A stretch of 64,000 nt of DNA from a virus (taxonomy: Duplodnaviria > Caudoviricetes). Shown here in pieces: positions 49,901 to 58,927 of the stretch. Under the pieces are notes generated by a model that searched no databases, was not told the DNA's origin, and worked only from the letters and a program-made list of their open reading frames with translations. The stretch covers positions 1,527-65,526 of IMG/VR virus record IMGVR_UViG_2791355504_000004; one strand, written 5' to 3'. Numbering within the stretch: the stretch's first letter is position 1; each line of letters begins with the position of its first letter. The translations under genes were made by a program, and so were the position numbers.

Positions 49901-51981
49901 AGTTTAAAAACTGGCTTAAAAATGAGGATACCTCAAAACCTGCCAATGAAATAAAGGCTGATTCCCTTATCACTCACGGTGCGAATGTTAAAGCGCAATC
50001 CGAACAAGGCTTAAATACTTATACTCAGATTCAATCTGATTCAGGCTTAACCCATAGCATCCCTAGCAAACTAATGGATCAGGTACATAAGTTAGGCAGT
50101 ATTGCGAATGACTTGTCGAGCATAAAAACGGAAGGTGTAAAAACCAATGTGCTGTATGGCAAACGATTGTTGGCCAAGATTGCAAAGCTTAATCCTGATG
50201 TGCAGGTGCACATTGTTTCTGATTTGATCAATATTAAAGACAAAACTACTCGATCTAGACTTAGTTCAGGTGGTTTTTATATCCCTGATCAGAACATTTT
50301 GTATATTTATCCTAAGACGGAACTTTGGGAAGGTTCAGTTTTAGAGCTAATAAACCATGAGTTGACACATACTGTCACAGAGCAATCGATTACCAAAAAC
50401 CAAGTATCCAATGAAAATTTAGATAAACTTGAACAATTTAGAAGTATTCTAGGGGAATATATTTGGAATCAAGGTGAGAACCTTGATGAAAATATGGCTG
50501 AAAGATTGCGTTATGCATATGAGCAGGACTTTCCTCATGAATTACTTGCGGTGAGTGCTGCTGAAACCAATGTGCGTGAAGTTTTTAAAACAATGCTTGG
50601 TCAGGATGGATTCAAGCAATTAGATGCAATATTTACCGAAATTTCTACCAATCAGTTCAAAGAGAAACGAGATGATCGATTATCCACACGAGGTCAAAGT
50701 CAGCAGCCGAGTCGAGATCGCGCAGAAAATATATCAACAAGCGACACCAGAACAGCAAAATCAGATGGAGCCACTGCTCACTCAAGTGATGGAGTTACAG
50801 TCTCAACCGCAGACAAATCATCAGGAACGAAAGAAAGTTCAGCACGAGCTGCTCAAATTAATGAATCAAATGGCTCATATTCTGACAACGGACGTAAAAG
50901 TGTTTTCAAAGATTCAGGAAGGGGTAGCAGAGAAGCACTGGGAGGAATATCTGAAGAAGATAAACAGTTAAAAAAGAATAATGAAAAGAAACGTTTTAGC
51001 CATGCTAATAAAGCAGTTGAATCATCTACAGTAGCTCAAATTCGAGAAGTCTTGGTTAACCATTTTGGGGAAAAGACAATCAATGAGCTTGAACGTCAGG
51101 GTAAGCTTGAAATTATTCAAGACTATGCTGTAGATGGAGTAGAAGGATTTTATTACAACGGTAAAGCCGTTCTTATTGCATCAAATCTTACTCTTGAAAG
51201 TGCTGTGCCAACATTCTTACATGAGTTGGGTGGCCATGCTGGTTTTCAAAATATGATGAACCAGGAGCAATATAAGGAGTTAATGCGTCAGTTTGATAAG
51301 TTGGTCGAACAAGGTAATCCAGTTGCTATGGCGGCTAAATTACTTGCAGAACGCGAACAAGGCAGCGTTCGCCAACAACTTGAATATTTACCATATCTAT
51401 TAACGCTTTCATCAACGATGCAGCAACGTAATGTAATTCAACGCAATGCTCTTCAAAAATTGATCCGCAATATCGTCGCATATGTGAAAGCATGGGCATT
51501 TGATCGATTTGGTATAAATCTAAACCTAAATCCAGATGATATATTGGCGTTATCGGAACGCATGATTAAACAGATTGAACGCCAGACCTCAATGGATACT
51601 GTTCGCCAAAAATATCAGGGCACGAGTCAATGGATGACTGCTCCCAATGGGGCGAAGACGCATCTGTCAGAACAGCAATGGTTGCAGGTTCGTACGCCAG
51701 AATTTAAGAAATGGTTTGGTGACTGGGAAAATGATGCAGAGAATTCCTCTCAGATCTTAGATGAGAATGGGGAACCTAAGGTTGTCTATCATGGTACTTC
51801 CAGTGAATTTAATGAGTTTAGAAAAGGTCATGGTTTATTAGGTGAGGGTATTTATTTAACTGATAGTTTTGATACTGCTGATATGTACGCCAATGTCCGT
51901 GGTAAAAATGGTTTTGTATTACCTTTATTCGTGAATATTCGCAATGCATTTAAAACGACTGGTAATGTCTCTCGAGATTAA
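46960..51981 (+). CDS. Large polyvalent internal virion protein, N-terminal part (InPase-like, zincin-like, start of ART-like domain), ending at an in-frame TAA
   Basis: EAGNYKKGH...HYGYI...GAD..HID; HELTH and HELGGH; RTPEFKKWFGDW...GEPKVVYHGT. Confidence 0.85.
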   Translation: MSEQNQIDWEKGEIQEPSQTDWDSGVISQSKEKKEKGFLGQAKDHTISFVGKGAVAGGQILVGLSDLMSDGATGKVLSEKFGYDPKATNQEMTRWQTPQLQEQINQKAQLPIQKIEEEDDIPTTVGKLFNNSKEYLKFYKDNPAMISNSVAESLIPIGVSAALGRGTGIANPIVAASVGEGIGMAGSQAEQIRQETVDGRLTADQSLASATTGALGGLIGFAGGRLAQKMGIGDVDTMLVTGRAGPAEIAGEIASMPAKSLPRRMVEGAISEGFLEELPQSVSEQILQNLALDKPWSDGIEDAAVMGTLAGMAMGGGANILSGHNAENEQQRAIEKNKELSEAEYQKTLLDEYHLRSQQEQEKVWNAKDDENFLANISHHINNMNGRYLNQPTEEMGDLGNQIGTSINPNLLEFNSNNDPDAPINPNPTNTPNPDSPLSPSGGNYFDDTQTQLQLPSERLGINPSDGPMSSAAALAVDSGASPVAQLSFTPEQQDSNSPLSDAVPSNYQSLLDSQTNQSQIDYLEQQFTDAKSVPKKAEIRKQIDELKTSNPITENQTKPVFNTDANLSVGSLPWSKDIASQALQQYQGDTNSLEQTNQSLTGKGAATDLIYYKNSPSFSNVEVVDAGDKSIVKLTNAKTGQVVEREYPQELSRFNQFLEGTVNQSTEQLDIPPETKQVSTIVPLSEQLTQLEQQFSAAKTVPQKAKLRRQIETLKQGNNTFNPEVLDHGVLNVPLAKRGNIDAQIDQYKSEQSKLLKDQSETKKNEHKAAQNQAKPLFEALTAEHINTYANKAGINAANAKSELKSMAHWQPQKAMKVFEALKSISESNSSPIDTNAHEAATSPQNDLPAPTQAQIEAGNYKKGHIKVQGLDIAVENPRGSSRSGKRPDGTEWSHEMSDHYGYIKRTTGADNEHIDTYIGSNPDSNQVFIVDQLDQKTGNFDEHKVMLGFNSQEDATTAYKSNFDNGWIVGPIRTMDMEQFKNWLKNEDTSKPANEIKADSLITHGANVKAQSEQGLNTYTQIQSDSGLTHSIPSKLMDQVHKLGSIANDLSSIKTEGVKTNVLYGKRLLAKIAKLNPDVQVHIVSDLINIKDKTTRSRLSSGGFYIPDQNILYIYPKTELWEGSVLELINHELTHTVTEQSITKNQVSNENLDKLEQFRSILGEYIWNQGENLDENMAERLRYAYEQDFPHELLAVSAAETNVREVFKTMLGQDGFKQLDAIFTEISTNQFKEKRDDRLSTRGQSQQPSRDRAENISTSDTRTAKSDGATAHSSDGVTVSTADKSSGTKESSARAAQINESNGSYSDNGRKSVFKDSGRGSREALGGISEEDKQLKKNNEKKRFSHANKAVESSTVAQIREVLVNHFGEKTINELERQGKLEIIQDYAVDGVEGFYYNGKAVLIASNLTLESAVPTFLHELGGHAGFQNMMNQEQYKELMRQFDKLVEQGNPVAMAAKLLAEREQGSVRQQLEYLPYLLTLSSTMQQRNVIQRNALQKLIRNIVAYVKAWAFDRFGINLNLNPDDILALSERMIKQIERQTSMDTVRQKYQGTSQWMTAPNGAKTHLSEQQWLQVRTPEFKKWFGDWENDAENSSQILDENGEPKVVYHGTSSEFNEFRKGHGLLGEGIYLTDSFDTADMYANVRGKNGFVLPLFVNIRNAFKTTGNVSRD
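50672..50971 (+). CDS. Candidate overprinted gene (99 aa, +1 frame) inside the polyvalent protein gene
   Basis: Helical protein-like sequence coinciding with an S/R/G-rich linker of the main frame; AGAGAAACGAG upstream of ATG. Confidence 0.5.
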   Translation: MIDYPHEVKVSSRVEIAQKIYQQATPEQQNQMEPLLTQVMELQSQPQTNHQERKKVQHELLKLMNQMAHILTTDVKVFSKIQEGVAEKHWEEYLKKINS

Positions 51982-52017
51982 GTTGTAGAAGCCACCCGAT
52001 CAGGCAAGTATCAAGGG

Positions 52018-54843
52018 GTGGTTCATCATTTTGATGATCATGAGTATATTGTTGCTCTTGAGTCTAATCAGGTCAAAATGGCTGAAGGGAATACTGGTAC
52101 ATTCAATAGTGAAAGTGCAGATATTCGATTCAGCCGTTCTGCGAAGGATATTATTGATAAACTTGGTAAAGACCTTAAAGGTACTACGGTCCAATCAATT
52201 AAAGATAAAACTGGTTATAAGTTTACTGATTGGTTGGGTATTAGTTTATCGGCTCTAGGTCGTCGTCAACTCACTGAGATTTACAGTAAAATTTTGCCAC
52301 AGCTAAATAAATATAATGAACTGGCTACTCAAATGGATGCGGATAAGAATGATGCTGGTGCAGAAGCTGATAGCATTGTTCGGGAATGGTCGAACCTTAA
52401 AGATGAAGAGCAACTTGCAGAGCTTATGCATGATGCAACTTTGGCAATGATTGATCCCGTAAAACCTTATAAATCTGGTGATAATAAAGCGAAGTATCAG
52501 CAGCTATTACATGCATACAACGACCTGACTCCAGAAGCTCAAGCGATGTATAAAAATGCGCGTGATGCCTATAAAAAACATTACACCAAAGTACATCAGG
52601 CCATTAAAGAACGGATTATGCGCGCCGAACTTTCGAGTGAAAAGAAAGCCGATTTAATGAAGCAAATGGATGACAATTTCTTTAATGGTCGGATTAAAGG
52701 TGTTTATTTTCCATTAGCACGCTTCGGTAAATATGTGGTTTTGATGCATAACCAAAATGGGCAAATCGAAAGTGTAAGTCGTGCAGAAACCATGGCAGAG
52801 GCACAGCGTTTACGTTCTGAATTGATGCAGAAATATCCACACTTCAAAGTAGACCGTGTCATTTTAGATAAAGAATTTAATGCATCACGTGATGGCGTAG
52901 GCCGTGGCTTTATGACCAGTTTATTTGCAGAAGTAGACAATCTTGGATTATCAACAGCAGAGCAGGCTGAATTTGAAGATACATTGAGTCAATTGTATTT
53001 GTCTTCTATGCCAGATTTAAGTTGGGCAAAACATGGTATTCATCGTAAAGGCACTGCTGGATTTAGTCAGGATGCACGTCGGGCATTTGCGCAAAATATG
53101 TTTCATGGAGCAGGGTATCTCGCTAAACTGCGATATGGCGATCAGTTAGCACAGCAGCTTGATGATATGCAGAAATATGCATCTGAACAAAGCAAGCTAA
53201 ATGACAGTTATGACCAGCCTACGGCTCAACGTGTCATTGATGAAATGAACAAATGCCATGACAATTTAATGAATCCTAAATCTCATCCATTATCGAGTGC
53301 TTTAACCAGTTTAGGCTTTATTTATTACCTTGGCTTGTCACCAGCTTCAGCATTGGTCAACTTATCGCAGACAGCATTAGTCGCGTATCCGATTATGGGT
53401 GCCAAATGGGATTTCGATAAAGCAGCCCAAGAGTTGTTGAAGGCATCAAATGATTTTAGAAAAGGGGTTGAGTTCCACAAAGTGAAATGGGAGGGAACTA
53501 AAACCGACCTTTATAAAACCATGAGTGCAGACATTTCTAAATTCCTGAGCAAGGATGAAAAGCAGGCTTACGATGATGCTGTAGCTAGAGGTGTGATTGA
53601 TGTTACACAGGCACATGATTTAGCTGGTATTGCACAAGGTGAAGATAGTGGTGTGATGTGGAAGACACGTCCAATTATGCGTGCAGCAAGTGTGATGTTT
53701 CACCATGCAGAGAGATTTAACCGAGAAGTTACTTTTATAGCTGCATATCGATTAGCTCGAAAAGCAGGTTCAAGCCATGATTCAGCCTTTGATCAAGCGG
53801 TTGATGTAACCTATAAAGGTCATTTTGACTATAGCTCAGGAAACCGCCCACGTATTATGCAGGGCAATGTTGCTAAGGTCCTTCTGCTGTTTAAACAGTT
53901 TGGCCAGAACATGATTTACACATTAGCGCGTCAGACCTATCAATCAATTAAAGCTGAAACAGCAGCAGAGCGAAAAGAAGCTCGTAAAACACTTGGGGCA
54001 ATTTTAGCAATGCATGCAACATTTGCTGGTACGCTTGGTTTACCAATGGTAGGGATGCTGTTATCTGTAGCATCATGGATGGGTGGAGATGACGACGATC
54101 CTTGGGATGCAGAAGTTGCATTACGGAACTATCTAGCTGAAGCTTTTGGACCAACTATTTCAAATCTATTAATGAAAGGTGCACCTCGTGCACTGACACC
54201 TCTCGATATGTCGGGACGCGTAGGTATTAATAATTTGTTATTACCAGATGTACAAGAAGGTCTTGAAGGTAAACGTTGGGCTGAATCTGCTATGGCTGGT
54301 GCATTAGGCCCTGTTGCAGGTATAGGCCTGAATGTTGCGAAAGGTGCACAAGAAATTTCAGAAGGGCATAATTTACGTGGCATAGAAACGATGCTTCCAG
54401 TGTTCTTAAAGAACTTTGCCAAAACTTATCGTTATGGTGAGGAAGGTGTACAGGACAAAACGGGTGTATCCATCATGGACGAAGTCAGTTCAATGGATTT
54501 ACTTGTCCAAGGTATGGGTTTTTCTCCATCTGATGTACGCACGGCCAATGAAGGTAAATCAGCAATTTATCAGCTTGATAAAAAATTAAATGAACGTCGT
54601 GGTCGCTTAATGGCTTTATGGTCCAGAGCCAAATTGATGGATGATCAAAATGAGATGGACGAAATTTGGGAAGAAATTCAAGGATTCAATGAAAGAAATC
54701 CATCTCGTCGTATCACTCGAGTCAATTTGAATCAGAGTTATAAGAATCGTCAACGTCGTATTGATCGTTCTGAAGATGGCATTTATTTGTCACGGAATAG
54801 ACAAGATGCCCGAAGTGCCGGTTATTTTGCATTTGGTGAGTAG
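52018..54843 (+). CDS. Large polyvalent protein, C-terminal part with PLxRFG domain; same frame as 46960-51981
   Basis: YFPLARFGKY motif; in frame after a single TAA. Confidence 0.85.
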   Translation: MVHHFDDHEYIVALESNQVKMAEGNTGTFNSESADIRFSRSAKDIIDKLGKDLKGTTVQSIKDKTGYKFTDWLGISLSALGRRQLTEIYSKILPQLNKYNELATQMDADKNDAGAEADSIVREWSNLKDEEQLAELMHDATLAMIDPVKPYKSGDNKAKYQQLLHAYNDLTPEAQAMYKNARDAYKKHYTKVHQAIKERIMRAELSSEKKADLMKQMDDNFFNGRIKGVYFPLARFGKYVVLMHNQNGQIESVSRAETMAEAQRLRSELMQKYPHFKVDRVILDKEFNASRDGVGRGFMTSLFAEVDNLGLSTAEQAEFEDTLSQLYLSSMPDLSWAKHGIHRKGTAGFSQDARRAFAQNMFHGAGYLAKLRYGDQLAQQLDDMQKYASEQSKLNDSYDQPTAQRVIDEMNKCHDNLMNPKSHPLSSALTSLGFIYYLGLSPASALVNLSQTALVAYPIMGAKWDFDKAAQELLKASNDFRKGVEFHKVKWEGTKTDLYKTMSADISKFLSKDEKQAYDDAVARGVIDVTQAHDLAGIAQGEDSGVMWKTRPIMRAASVMFHHAERFNREVTFIAAYRLARKAGSSHDSAFDQAVDVTYKGHFDYSSGNRPRIMQGNVAKVLLLFKQFGQNMIYTLARQTYQSIKAETAAERKEARKTLGAILAMHATFAGTLGLPMVGMLLSVASWMGGDDDDPWDAEVALRNYLAEAFGPTISNLLMKGAPRALTPLDMSGRVGINNLLLPDVQEGLEGKRWAESAMAGALGPVAGIGLNVAKGAQEISEGHNLRGIETMLPVFLKNFAKTYRYGEEGVQDKTGVSIMDEVSSMDLLVQGMGFSPSDVRTANEGKSAIYQLDKKLNERRGRLMALWSRAKLMDDQNEMDEIWEEIQGFNERNPSRRITRVNLNQSYKNRQRRIDRSEDGIYLSRNRQDARSAGYFAFGE

Positions 54844-54977
54844 TAAAAAAGTCACCTTATGGTGGCTATTTTTTAGAAAAATGGCAACTATAAAAAAAGG
54901 ATAATGAAAGGTTTGCGTAAAGCATATACAATAATAAAGTATTTACTTTTGCTAATGGAAGTATTTGTATTTACGAA

Positions 54978-55316
54978 ATGGAGAATAGTATGCATTTTGA
55001 AGCTGAAGATTTCACAGTAGAAGATGCTCTTGGTGTAGTTTTGGTACGAAGAGAAAAAACTCCATCTGGCCGAATTACACAGGTAATAGCACCTGCTGGG
55101 GAAGATCAAGCTAAAATTGGTGTTGTTTACTTAAAATCGAATTCGCATTTAATAAATTCAAAAAGAATATCAGGTGGTGCGGCACGATTATTAAGATCAT
55201 CAAGTCCTGTAACCGTAATAGGAGTCGAAGCTCTTCGTACCTTCGCTTTTGATATTGAAAATGTGAATGAAGCATTTGATAAGGCTATGAAAAAGCATGT
55301 CAGAACAGTTGCGTGA
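54978..55316 (+). CDS. Moron hypothetical protein
   Basis: 112 aa; overlaps the next gene. Confidence 0.65.
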   Translation: MENSMHFEAEDFTVEDALGVVLVRREKTPSGRITQVIAPAGEDQAKIGVVYLKSNSHLINSKRISGGAARLLRSSSPVTVIGVEALRTFAFDIENVNEAFDKAMKKHVRTVA

Positions 55317-55911
55317 TCCAAATTTAAGCTGGGTTTATCAAGAACTAACAAAAGATGATAATGGTAATTTCAATTTAGTAAATAATATTGCTTATATATT
55401 GTATAAGCAAAGGAAAATTGAATTTTATCAATCTCATAATGGGCATCCTACAACAGAACAGTTAAGAACTTTTCAAGAATCTTATATGCTTGCTGGGGTA
55501 ATTAAGGGATTAAGGGATGAATCTGCATCAATTGTTCAGGATATATTAAAAGCTAGTTTGGCGAGCAAAGTGAGAGAGGTTGAGGTACGTCTATCTACCA
55601 CTTTAGAAGCAGAAATGAAAACAGAACTAGCTACACTTAAAACTGAGTTAAGCGGTAATCATACCCAATTAAAAACATTGTTAGATACAGCAACTCAAAT
55701 TCGTGAATCAAATCATTCTAGCTTAATTAGCGGACTTGATGGTTTGTCATCACGTGGTTGGAAATGGTGGTTTGCTGAAATTGGAAAAGGAGCTTTAATA
55801 ACAATTGCTAGCACAATTTTATTGTGGTTGATATTTGTTGCAGTAACTTCTGGGAAAGAAAAACAAACTGATTTTCAGGACACGCATTTGCCTGAGAAAC
55901 AAAAAAGCTAA
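55297..55911 (+). CDS. Moron protein with coiled coil and C-terminal TM helix
   Basis: IAYILYKQRKIEF...PT.EQL..F N-terminus; hydrophobic GALITIASTILLWLIFVAV. Confidence 0.75.
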   Translation: MSEQLRDPNLSWVYQELTKDDNGNFNLVNNIAYILYKQRKIEFYQSHNGHPTTEQLRTFQESYMLAGVIKGLRDESASIVQDILKASLASKVREVEVRLSTTLEAEMKTELATLKTELSGNHTQLKTLLDTATQIRESNHSSLISGLDGLSSRGWKWWFAEIGKGALITIASTILLWLIFVAVTSGKEKQTDFQDTHLPEKQKS

Positions 55912-55956
55912 AAGAAAAGCCACCATAAGGTGGCTTTTCTTTAGGTGCCTTTTGAA

Positions 55957-56205
55957 TTAGCTTTGAATATTACTCTCAGCCTCATATTGCTCACTTTTAC
56001 TTTTGTGATCGTCAACAAAAGATTCAGCAAGATACTGTGTGATTTCTAGCAATGTCTGATTATGAAAAACTTTTCCACATTCTAGATTTTGCTTAACTGT
56101 TGAAACGAGAGTGGCTATCCATGACAGATGACTTTCAGCAAGTGCGTGAGCATCTGCAATATCACCTGCATCATACGATTTGACTTGCTCAGTTGATTGT
56201 TCCAT
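55957..56205 (-). CDS. Small phage hypothetical protein
   Basis: Acidic helical ORF; exact start uncertain. Confidence 0.6.
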   Translation of the reverse strand: MEQSTEQVKSYDAGDIADAHALAESHLSWIATLVSTVKQNLECGKVFHNQTLLEITQYLAESFVDDHKSKSEQYEAESNIQS

Positions 56206-56946
56206 ACTTTCCAACGTTGATATTCCTGTATTAACAAATCAAGAGCCCTTAACTTTGCCGAGGGAAGGGTTCTTGAACTTTCTTCTTTAGCACATCTTAA
56301 AATCATGCTGTGCCTCTCAAAATATAATAAAAAAGACATAATAATTTTTCACCCCATCATTTTAACGACCCCATTGCTCACCCAATTTTTAAATGAATCT
56401 ACATGAAACTTACATAAACTGCAAGATCAAAGCAGCATTAATTTTTACTAAAAATTCTGGTTAACTTGAAACATGGCATAAGTCAACATAAATGCTCTAT
56501 TGTATAAATCATTATAAACACTAAATTGTATAAACACGAAATCCATTTATATTCATTTATATTTTTGAGCATCTAAGCATCATGATGTCTATGCATCTAT
56601 ACATCGAGATGCTAATGCGTTTTTATTTACACATAAGTGCATGAATGCAATGAAGATTGTGTTCAAATGAACATGGTGTTCAAATGAACAAAAAGCATTA
56701 AAAAATGAAATTCAAAATCGAATTATTAGTTAATAAAACAAATAGTAATTTTGTTTTGTTAATTCAAATTTGATTTAATAAGTTTTAATATACATTATCT
56801 TAATGAATTGTAAATCCATTAAGATAATGGTTTTTTATTATGAATTAAATAAACAAATAATCATTTTATTAATCTAATTAAAATGCGATTAGTGTTAATT
56901 ATGAATGATTATTAAAATATAATTGTAATTATGAATAGACTTTACC

Positions 56947-56960
56947 CCCTGTAAGGTTAG
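56947..56960 (+). promoter_or_regulatory. Late-promoter motif copy 6
   Basis: CCCTGTAAGGTTAG upstream of the holin gene. Confidence 0.75.
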
Positions 56961-57019
56961 CTAAAAATTTGCCTTTCCATAAAACTCTATGCAATAACGT
57001 AGAGCTATTGGGGCAACTT

Positions 57020-57400
57020 ATGCAAGAGAATACAATTCCTTGGATTATAAAGATAATTCCAGCCGTCGCAGGGGCAATTTTGGCTCTTGTTTTGAGTGGC
57101 GACATTGATAAAGATGCAAAAATTAAAATTACTTTAGGGGTTATTGGTAAGTTTTTATTTAGCGTTTCCGTTAGCTTGTATGGCGGTGCTGCATTCATTG
57201 AATATTATGAATTGTCAAAATATTCGCATATGGCGCAAGGTTTTGTGATGTTGATTTTTGCTGTTTTTGGATTATTAGCAATCGGAATTTTGTACCAATC
57301 AATTGCATTAATGCAAGGTAAACCATTATCAGAGGTCATTAGCGAAATTAAGTCTGCCTTTATTTCCATCATTAGCAATGGGAAAGGTGGTGAGCAATGA
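57020..57400 (+). CDS. Holin
   Basis: Three TM segments; overlaps the endolysin start. Confidence 0.8.
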   Translation: MQENTIPWIIKIIPAVAGAILALVLSGDIDKDAKIKITLGVIGKFLFSVSVSLYGGAAFIEYYELSKYSHMAQGFVMLIFAVFGLLAIGILYQSIALMQGKPLSEVISEIKSAFISIISNGKGGEQ

Positions 57401-57942
57401 ACATTGAGCAATTCTTAACTGAATTAATTATACGAGAAGGTGGTTACGTTAATGATCCGACTGATCGTGGTGGTGCTACCAAATATGGCATTACTGAGGC
57501 GGTAGCCCGAGCAAATGGCTACAAAGGTCACATGAAGGATTTGCCTATTGAGTTAGCAAAATCCATTTATAGAAAACAATACTGGACATCACCGAGCTTT
57601 GATCAAGTGAATACTATCAATGCCAAGATAGCAGAAGAGTTGCTTGATACAGGCGTGAACTGTGGTGTGGCTTTTGCTAAACCACTTTTACAACGTGCAC
57701 TAAATTTGCTGAATAACCAAGGCAAGGAAGGCTGGCCAGATTTAGCTGTAGATGGCATATATGGTCCAGCAACGTTATCAGCTTTAAAAACTTACTTGGC
57801 TAAGCGTGGTAGAGAGGGTGAAACCGCTTTATTGCGTGTTTTGAATATCTTGCAAGGCAATCGTTACATTGAAATTGCTGAGCGCAATCCATCTCAAGAG
57901 AAGTACTTTTATGGATGGGTATTGAACCGGGTGGTGATCTGA
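57397..57942 (+). CDS. Endolysin, glycoside hydrolase family 108 with PG-binding domain
   Basis: EGGYVNDPTDRGGATKYGIT, DTGVNCG, VDGIYGPAT. Confidence 0.93.
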   Translation: MNIEQFLTELIIREGGYVNDPTDRGGATKYGITEAVARANGYKGHMKDLPIELAKSIYRKQYWTSPSFDQVNTINAKIAEELLDTGVNCGVAFAKPLLQRALNLLNNQGKEGWPDLAVDGIYGPATLSALKTYLAKRGREGETALLRVLNILQGNRYIEIAERNPSQEKYFYGWVLNRVVI

Positions 57943-57985
57943 TAACATTCAACAAGCATCTGCTCGATCAATATCTACGTATTCA

Positions 57986-58927
57986 ATGACAGTGCCTTTT
58001 GATGGGTGGGATATATTCCCTGATCATGTTGCTTTAGGTAGGTCGGCCATTATAAATGCTAAAAAGGATGCACTTGCATCAACAGCCGTACTTACAGCTG
58101 ATGCGGCTCAAGTGGCTAAAGTATTAGGGAAAGGGGTTGCGGGATATGCACTATCAGTAGCAGTTGAGCAGTTGTTAGGAGCTGTTGATTGGGTGTTGGA
58201 TCCTGCGAATAATCAGATTAAATATAAACCAAAAATAGAAAGCCAGTATATTTACACTCCTGCAGCATGGGGGAATGGAACATATTTCTCGACGCCGCAG
58301 CAAGCTTGTGAATATTCACTATCGCTCATTCAAAAAATGCGACCGGATATAGGATACTCAAGTGTCAGTTTGGATGATAAAGACTGTATTTACGTTTCAC
58401 CCTATGGAGTGGAAAGATTATTATATGTTAAGAAGGTTAATCCTGATTATGATGGCAATTCTGAAAAATATCTGTCCTTAGAAACTGTTGCTCAAAAAGT
58501 AATTGAAAATGCAGATGCTGGAAGTCTAGATGCTCAAGTGGCCACAATGGCGGCAGCCGCAGAGAAACTTGCAGATGCTGCAAATGATGAAGAGATAGAG
58601 CAAGCGATTGTGGATCAATTGGAGAATAATGCCAAATGTCCAAGTGGTATAATGAGTGAAAAAGGGCAATGCTGGGAGTGCACCAAAGAAGATTACCCAG
58701 TAATTACTCAGAGAACCAAATTAGCCAAAGTAGAAACTGCTCGTTTAGGTAAGTGTTTGCCTGAAATGGACAATACAGCATTATTTATAAGAATTAACGC
58801 TTTTAATGAGTTTGTCCAAGCTAGAGTAAATGAAAATTCTTGCTGGGCTCCTCTAGATCCAGGACATGTTCAGCAAGAGCAAGATGGTAGAAATGGGGCT
58901 TTAAAATGTACAAATTATCTCAAGTAG
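57986..58927 (+). CDS. Chimeric protein: inovirus pIII/TspB-like N-terminal fragment plus Ntox16-like C-terminal domain
   Basis: VAGYALSVAVEQLLGAVDWVLDPANNQIKY; C-terminal AR...N.C...DPGH...C pattern. Confidence 0.55.
   Translation: MTVPFDGWDIFPDHVALGRSAIINAKKDALASTAVLTADAAQVAKVLGKGVAGYALSVAVEQLLGAVDWVLDPANNQIKYKPKIESQYIYTPAAWGNGTYFSTPQQACEYSLSLIQKMRPDIGYSSVSLDDKDCIYVSPYGVERLLYVKKVNPDYDGNSEKYLSLETVAQKVIENADAGSLDAQVATMAAAAEKLADAANDEEIEQAIVDQLENNAKCPSGIMSEKGQCWECTKEDYPVITQRTKLAKVETARLGKCLPEMDNTALFIRINAFNEFVQARVNENSCWAPLDPGHVQQEQDGRNGALKCTNYLK

Noticed and set aside
50281-50290. 10-nt match to the reverse complement of spacer 13 (ATCCCTGATC)
   Set aside because: Too short and no CC PAM; self-targeting unsupported, although an exhaustive search was not possible by eye
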